Shown in pieces: positions 58,585 to 64,000 of a stretch of 64,000 nucleotides of DNA (positions within the stretch are counted from its first letter, which is position 1; every line of letters starts with the position of its first letter). The DNA is taken from positions 12,176 to 76,175 of the forward strand of contig JBNLDC010000063.1 in NCBI GenBank assembly GCA_050304135.1, read 5' to 3'. The DNA is from Chitinispirillaceae bacterium (GTDB lineage: Bacteria > Fibrobacterota > Chitinivibrionia > Chitinivibrionales > Chitinispirillaceae). A program made the position numbers and the translations under genes. The notes under the pieces are model-generated. The model was not told where the DNA came from. It searched no databases and was given only the letters and a program-made list of their open reading frames with translations.

Positions 58585-60747
58585 CTAAAGATCTTTTTTT
58601 GCTCCGACATGAAACTCAAAACCGAACTCATTGCCGGTGGTGAATGCGTCGGGTGCCGAGCCGGAATCAATATAAAAAAATCTTCCTCCGATCTCAAAAC
58701 AAATACCGAAAAAAAGCGGAACAAAGGTACAATTAACGCTGCCGTTAAACGTCCATCCGAGAAACGGCATACCTTCAAGAGGAAGGAGACGCCCGTGCGA
58801 CTGTTGCAGAACCAGTTCCGCAAGCTGTACTGGTTTTACCAGAGAGTCATTTACGGCAAGCCGTAAGCGGTAAGAAAAATCACCGGGAATATCGCGGGTA
58901 AACACCGAATCACGGGTATATTCCTCCACGGTCTTTTTTCCCGTAAAATCCTGCTTGTAATACAGATCAACGTCCATACCGCGAAGTGGATTCATTTTGT
59001 AGAAAAGTGATACCCCGAAGGTATTCCGATCACGTGATAGCCGATTATTGGGGGTGATGACCGAATCGATAAAGCGACTCCGCTGATCTTTTTTCACCCG
59101 ATAGCGATTTTCCATATAGGTTCCGTCAAACTGCCCCGACAGCAGCTTGCCTGATTCAACAATGACGCCACCACCGAAACTGGTTTTTTTCAGATCAAAA
59201 TGAAGTGATGGCATTCTCGCTACAAACCCGTCCTGACCGCCAAAGAGCTTCTGGGCGAATTCCACCGCCAGTGTGAAACGGAAATCATACCGGTCGATAA
59301 CATCAGCTGAAAGATCCGCCATATAGCAGTGTACGGCGTTACCGTTTGCAACCGACGGGTAGAGCGAATCCGATTGTGTTGTCGTGTAACGCCGGTCCGT
59401 CTTCGGTACCATTTCCGCATACTGATTGAAATCTGCGGCATACCCGAGACCCACATGATAAATCGATGGTTCATACAGTGTATACATACCGGTAACGAGA
59501 GGTGCCGTCAACGAGGCGGTGAATGCCTTGATGGTGAGATGATCAAGTATCCGGACATGCCCCAGAAACCCGAGTGGAATAAAGGCATTGTTACTGCTGC
59601 TGTTGGAAAAGTGATCAACCACCAGCCCGTCACCAAAGGTCAGGTTACGCAGCCCCCCGAGATAGAGCGACCACGAGTCGGCCGTGGTGCCGAGAGCAAG
59701 ATGATCGATTTTATCCATAATCCCGCCAAGAGAGGTAAACCCCGGGGAAAATCCCTCCGCCGTTCCCACCAGCGAGAACCGTATTCCCCCGTCGAATTTT
59801 CCCTTACGGAAAGTAATCGACGGACGGATAAGCGGACTCGCGATTCCACCCGCAATCCCGGTTCCTCCCTGCAGCGAAACAGTCATCAGTTTGTCGGTGA
59901 CACTCACCCGCGGTACAATCGCGTTGTAAAACAATCTGTTGCGCTCTCTATCGTCAAGTATACTTCCGTAAATCCTGTTGAGACTGAAAAGGGATCGGTA
60001 CATTCCCTCGTCAACATACTCGCGGGATTTAGTTGCAAAGGCATTGTAACCGCTGCTTTGAGAACCCCGTTCATCGGTCGGTTTGATTCCCGAGGCATCC
60101 AGCTCGGCAACGATATACTCCTCACCGAAATAGTGCTGCAGAACGGCAACGTGACGGTAGGTAATGTAGAGCGGAGCCGTTGGTTCCTTGTTCGGCTGAA
60201 TCATGGTGGTGAGTCCCGAACGCAGTTCGATACCTTTCTGCTGCGCGATATTGCGTACGTAAATAGAGCCGCCGAGCACCTGGAATCCGGTCTCTCCGGT
60301 TTTCCCCTCCGCAACAGTGGTCACCGAACCGCTGTCCATGGTACCGACCGCATGCGCAGTGTAGATATTTACCTTGCAATTGCTGATCGCCTTCGAAAAA
60401 ACACCCCCGTTGAAAAGCGTCAGGTTGATATCGGTAATGGTCCGGTCCCCTTCGGTTTTTTCTGAGATATTGAGCAACGCCTTTGAATTGGATCCGAGGA
60501 TTACCACATTGTTCGCTCCGAAGAGCATGGTGATCTTGGTCTGGAAATAGGTTTCCAGCAGATCGTTGTCGAATAGTTTGTCACCAATGCCGACCTTTTC
60601 CCAGGAACGCTGCTGGGAGCGCTGTACCCGGGCGGTTCCGTCGGCGGAAACCACCTGAAAGGATACGGCACCCTGTCCGGCAGCAATTGCAGATACGACA
60701 AGAAGCAGGAGAACAACTCTATAAAGTATCGCCATTGGCTTCCACAC
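58585..60747 (-). CDS. secreted protein with an N-terminal FecR-like domain and a large beta-rich C-terminal region (possible outer-membrane protein)
   Basis: 720 aa. Signal peptide, then a FecR-like segment (…VVILGSNSKALL…), then alternating aromatic/hydrophilic strands. Confidence 0.45.
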   Translation of the reverse strand: MWKPMAILYRVVLLLLVVSAIAAGQGAVSFQVVSADGTARVQRSQQRSWEKVGIGDKLFDNDLLETYFQTKITMLFGANNVVILGSNSKALLNISEKTEGDRTITDINLTLFNGGVFSKAISNCKVNIYTAHAVGTMDSGSVTTVAEGKTGETGFQVLGGSIYVRNIAQQKGIELRSGLTTMIQPNKEPTAPLYITYRHVAVLQHYFGEEYIVAELDASGIKPTDERGSQSSGYNAFATKSREYVDEGMYRSLFSLNRIYGSILDDRERNRLFYNAIVPRVSVTDKLMTVSLQGGTGIAGGIASPLIRPSITFRKGKFDGGIRFSLVGTAEGFSPGFTSLGGIMDKIDHLALGTTADSWSLYLGGLRNLTFGDGLVVDHFSNSSSNNAFIPLGFLGHVRILDHLTIKAFTASLTAPLVTGMYTLYEPSIYHVGLGYAADFNQYAEMVPKTDRRYTTTQSDSLYPSVANGNAVHCYMADLSADVIDRYDFRFTLAVEFAQKLFGGQDGFVARMPSLHFDLKKTSFGGGVIVESGKLLSGQFDGTYMENRYRVKKDQRSRFIDSVITPNNRLSRDRNTFGVSLFYKMNPLRGMDVDLYYKQDFTGKKTVEEYTRDSVFTRDIPGDFSYRLRLAVNDSLVKPVQLAELVLQQSHGRLLPLEGMPFLGWTFNGSVNCTFVPLFFGICFEIGGRFFYIDSGSAPDAFTTGNEFGFEFHVGAKKDL

Positions 60748-61168
60748 ACACAGTTCCTTTACTTACCGTCCCGTTAATGATCGCATCACTGTTTCGATTA
60801 GCCATCCCGGAGTTGATACCGGGGTTATTTGCAACTGTTCCGATACCGATTCCAACCACTGCTCTAAAAATAAACTTCGATTATTATAAGACCTATGAAA
60901 ACAGCAGCAGCGGTGACTCCGTTACGACTGCGGTAGTGTATTCAGCCATTTCCCGGTACTACCTTGCCGAATTACTAACCAGTATAGAATAATACCTTGT
61001 TTAAAAAACAGAGTAAAGGGAAGAAAACTAATTGGTTAGAGGGACCACAACAACGAAGTTCAGCATACTGTCAGCCGAGCTGTCAAAAGCAGTAGAGACG
61101 ACGCCGGAACAGCAATACGAAAATATTACCGTAATCCCGGCCGCATCAGAACACCCCCCTGAAACCGA

Positions 61169-61193
61169 AAGGGGACGTTGCAAACGTCCCCCT
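61169..61193 (-). terminator. rho-independent terminator downstream of the 204-aa secreted-protein gene
   Basis: AAGGGGACGTT-GCA-AACGTCCCCTT hairpin. The minus-strand sequence after it is moderately U-rich. Confidence 0.55.
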
Positions 61194-61224
61194 TGAAATC
61201 CGTCACTACCGCGCACCCGACCGG

Positions 61225-61839
61225 TCATTGACCTTTTTCCACAGCGGCCTGAGCCTTCTGCGCTTTAGCCAGCCCCGCTTTGGAAAATGCGATTGCACTG
61301 AGGTATGTCTCTTCGGAGCCCTCTTTGAGAATTTCTTCGCCGAAATAATTGGTGAGTTTGAATTCACGCAGGAGAAATTTTCTCGCCACCTTACGGTCGC
61401 CTTCCACATTGATAATAAAATCACCTTCGGCACCAGAATTAAGAATGACCTTGGTACCATAATCATAAATGCAGAGGATACTGTCGATACTGATTTTGCG
61501 TTCACCTTCGGGGGTCTTGAGCTCCATCACCGGCAGCGACTGCACCTTGCCGCTTTCACCGTAACCGTTTCCTTCGATATATCCGCTTGAGAGCAGCTGC
61601 AGATTCATGCTTGCAACAATCTCTTTTTCCGGCACTCCGGGAGATTTCCGACGGATTTTACAGTCATGATTTCCGAGAAATACCGTCCAGAACCGGGCCA
61701 TACCGGTCTTTCCGGTATTACTGATGTAGTACATCTTTTTTTCAAGGATACTGCGGGCAAACGGCTGAACAGCGAAAAGAGCAAGCAGCAAACCTGCAAG
61801 CATAGTGGTCCGGCGTCGGAACATGGATACCTCCATCAA
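61225..61839 (-). CDS. hypothetical secreted protein
   Basis: 204 aa with an N-terminal signal-like hydrophobic segment and no motif. Confidence 0.45.
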   Translation of the reverse strand: MMEVSMFRRRTTMLAGLLLALFAVQPFARSILEKKMYYISNTGKTGMARFWTVFLGNHDCKIRRKSPGVPEKEIVASMNLQLLSSGYIEGNGYGESGKVQSLPVMELKTPEGERKISIDSILCIYDYGTKVILNSGAEGDFIINVEGDRKVARKFLLREFKLTNYFGEEILKEGSEETYLSAIAFSKAGLAKAQKAQAAVEKGQ

Positions 61840-62280
61840 TAAATAGGAATAGGGTAGATCTGAATTGCTTTCCGTGAGGAACAGTTGGTACCGCTCAGAC
61901 AGACGGTCCAGACTTGTATCCCGAATAACAGACTAAATATAAGCAATTCAAGGAAATGGTGCCAGTTTCAGATTATTTAGTATCTCTGTCCGGAAACTAC
62001 CTCCGTGGGCGAGGACAAGCGGACATATGGGATACGCAGAGGTCGACTCGACCCCGCCCGCATTTCACCACACGGAGAGCGCCGGAGGCAACCAGGCATA
62101 TTATTGAAAATATGGCGATGCAGACCGACAACGCAGACCGTGTATCGCAGCTGTCCGCAGACCGGAGGGATTTTCGGACAGACACTATTTAGTCTTCCGG
62201 TCTGATCCTGCGGTTCAGAATCGCAAGAGTACGATACCACACTCACCAATGGAATTAGCAGCTGGAAATTAACGTACATC

Positions 62281-63369
62281 TCACCCCTGCCGGGGCAGCG
62301 GAAACACCAGCCCTGTTTTTCCCTTCTTATGGCGCAGTGGTATTTCACGCCATAACCCACTCTCTACATCCTTCACCAATTTGATGTGCGGGGTTTCTCC
62401 ACCGTCAAAAATCGTAAGTTCCTTCTCGGAAACTATCGTTTTTCCGTAGAGTGTCAGAGAAAGGTTCTTGAGTGACCGGTACTGCAACATCAGGAAGTTC
62501 TTGATCTTTTCGAAATCTTCCCGCTTTTCATTGAAGGTAAAAAAGAGTGAGCCGATTCCCTTTGCGGCAAGACTCTCATGAATTGTTGCCGGCAACTGCT
62601 TTATCTGTCGCCACCGTTCAAAATTGTTACGTATATAAATAGAATGGCGGTCGGTGAAAAGAATATAGTGAAAACTGGCCTCAGGAAAGAGTTTCCGTAA
62701 TGGAAAAAAGAGATTGTCAGTCAAATCCGCACAATTGATGTTGATCTTTTCAAGCTTGCTCTCGAGCACGATAATGTGCCTTTTACCACTGTACCGGTAA
62801 TCAAAAAATCCGTCGAGCTCCTTGATGTTCTCATAACCGTACTTCCCCCGCCCCGAACGACGCAGAATAATAAGATTGGGATACTGTTGAATCTTGAGAA
62901 CATACTTGTCGGTATTGGCGACAATGAAATCCTCCCGGTGCTGTGGATCGAAGCGTTCATCAAAAATCCCGCCGGTCCTCCCCCGTTTGCTCAGATGCTT
63001 CAGGAAATATTTGGTAACCCGCCTGGCAATCCGTTCACCAATCTCTCCGAGGATATTCCCTTCGGACTGCCGGTCAAACGGATAACTCGAATTGAGCAGA
63101 TCGGCAACGGTAAAAAGGATATAACTCGACCCGTTGATGCAATACTCAACAAGAATCTTGTCAGGAAACGATCGGCTGTCGTTGATCTCATCATTGAGGT
63201 TATGGAGACGAAATGTCCCGTTTACCCCATGATCACGTTTGATTGAGTATATCTGTCGCCCTTTTCCTGCTGCCGCCTGCGGACTCCACAATACCGGATG
63301 AAAATCCCTGAAAGGATCTGCAGCCGACGGTGAATGTCTGGGTAAAGCATTCTCAATCGATGTTTTCAT
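62281..63369 (-). CDS. hypothetical protein, possible PD-(D/E)xK nuclease-like core (tentative)
   Basis: 362 aa. DGFFDYRYSGKRHIIVLESKLE contains a D…(hydrophobic)3-E-x-K arrangement. Confidence 0.4.
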   Translation of the reverse strand: MKTSIENALPRHSPSAADPFRDFHPVLWSPQAAAGKGRQIYSIKRDHGVNGTFRLHNLNDEINDSRSFPDKILVEYCINGSSYILFTVADLLNSSYPFDRQSEGNILGEIGERIARRVTKYFLKHLSKRGRTGGIFDERFDPQHREDFIVANTDKYVLKIQQYPNLIILRRSGRGKYGYENIKELDGFFDYRYSGKRHIIVLESKLEKININCADLTDNLFFPLRKLFPEASFHYILFTDRHSIYIRNNFERWRQIKQLPATIHESLAAKGIGSLFFTFNEKREDFEKIKNFLMLQYRSLKNLSLTLYGKTIVSEKELTIFDGGETPHIKLVKDVESGLWREIPLRHKKGKTGLVFPLPRQG

Positions 63370-63529
63370 GATCCCTGCCGGAAAAAAGGTAAGCTGACGG
63401 GATGGTGCTCCGGGTGAAGCCGCAAATTTTTACCGCTTCGCGGCACTTAATCATCTCAATAAAAGTATACCTTATGGAAACGCTGTAAATGAAGAGAGTA
63501 CCAGCTACTTACCGATGACCTCCCCCGGC

Positions 63530-63562
63530 CGTCGTCTCCCCCTCGAAGAGGGGGAGACGACG
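63530..63562. other. very stable GC-rich stem-loop (15-bp perfect stem, 3-nt loop)
   Basis: CGTCGTCTCCCCCTC-GAA-GAGGGGGAGACGACG, followed by TTT on the plus strand. Lies about 100 nt downstream of the partial minus-strand gene. Confidence 0.5.
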
Positions 63563-63664
63563 TTTCACTGCTCAACAAGGTTCCCTGATTATTGTCCCAC
63601 TCACTGAGGGGGTGGCCGAAGGCCGGGAGAGGTGTGTGCGGCAATGCGAAATGCCTGCCCGCAC

Positions 63665-64000
63665 CTCAGGTATGGCTGTTCGCTTTCTCCTGCAACTGGT
63701 GCCAGTATTCCGGATAGAAATGGCGCACACAGTCCGGACAGAGCGTGTGGGTAAAATCAACGTTTGAATGATCACTAATGTACACTTCAATATGGTTCCA
63801 GTACCCCTTATCATCGCGGATTTTTTTACAGCTTGCACAGATCGGCAGCAGTCCACGGAGGGTCTCGACCTCATCGAGTGCCCGCTTGAGATCATCAATC
63901 AGTTTACTGCGATCCCGCTCTGCATTTTTCTGCTCTGAGATATCCTCGGAAATGATGATCGCCCCTTTGGGAAACGGAGCAATGGTGATGGAGAGTACTT
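63665..64000 (-). CDS. C-terminal part (window-truncated) of a signalling protein ending in a conserved CxxC…CPDC zinc-finger-like tail
   Basis: Reverse-complement translation: …EDISEQKNAERDRSKLIDDLKRALDEVETLRGLLPICASCKKIRDDKGYWNHIEVYISDHSNVDFTHTLCPDCVRHFYPEYWHQ…*. The ORF continues beyond the window edge. Confidence 0.5.

Noticed and set aside
59329-60465. 378-aa plus-strand ORF inside the 720-aa secreted-protein gene
   Set aside because: An antisense shadow; the arginine-rich composition is typical of a wrong-frame GC-rich translation.
1-64000. tRNA, rRNA and CRISPR arrays
   Set aside because: No GTTCRANYC T-loop contexts with acceptor stems, no rRNA-like conserved blocks and no regularly spaced direct repeats were seen anywhere in the window.

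Overview
High-GC (~58-60%) bacterial chromosomal window, densely coding, and probably from an FCB-group-like organism: I see a T9SS-type C-terminal sorting domain on a glycoside hydrolase, many TPR/Sec-signal lipoproteins, and no tRNA, rRNA or CRISPR. Housekeeping genes I can recognise from the translations include metH, hisD, the shikimate genes aroB/aroA/aroE and aroK/aroC, leuC/leuD, korA/korB, nadD, nadC, birA, coaX, nnr, mscS, rimI, BamD-like and YbgF-like TPR lipoproteins, a GGDEF cyclase and a GH116/CE2 glycan-degradation pair. The left end is an accessory patch: a strongly AT-rich (~30% GC) foreign ORF, about 1 kb of GC-rich non-coding DNA, and a bacterial group II intron (RT/maturase without an En domain; domain V hairpin visible) inserted downstream of rimI. 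Two clusters stand out. (1) An AmmeMemoRadiSam operon (radical SAM enzyme plus a MEMO1-AMMECR1 fusion), unusually with predicted Sec/Tat export signals, a translationally coupled small zinc-ribbon ORF upstream, and a 4-nt overlap with a membrane spermidine-synthase-like gene. (2) My top candidate for an undescribed system: a tight three-gene operon of an NfeD/YqiJ-like membrane protein, a 692-aa flotillin (SPFH) and a 1774-aa protein with a C-terminal MoxR/AAA_5-type AAA+ ATPase module. Other notable items are a C-terminal J-domain gene apparently split by a frameshift, a lipoprotein with a eukaryote-like PLA2 Ca-loop/CCxxHD motif, several clean rho-independent terminators, and a long structured element between metH and hisD.
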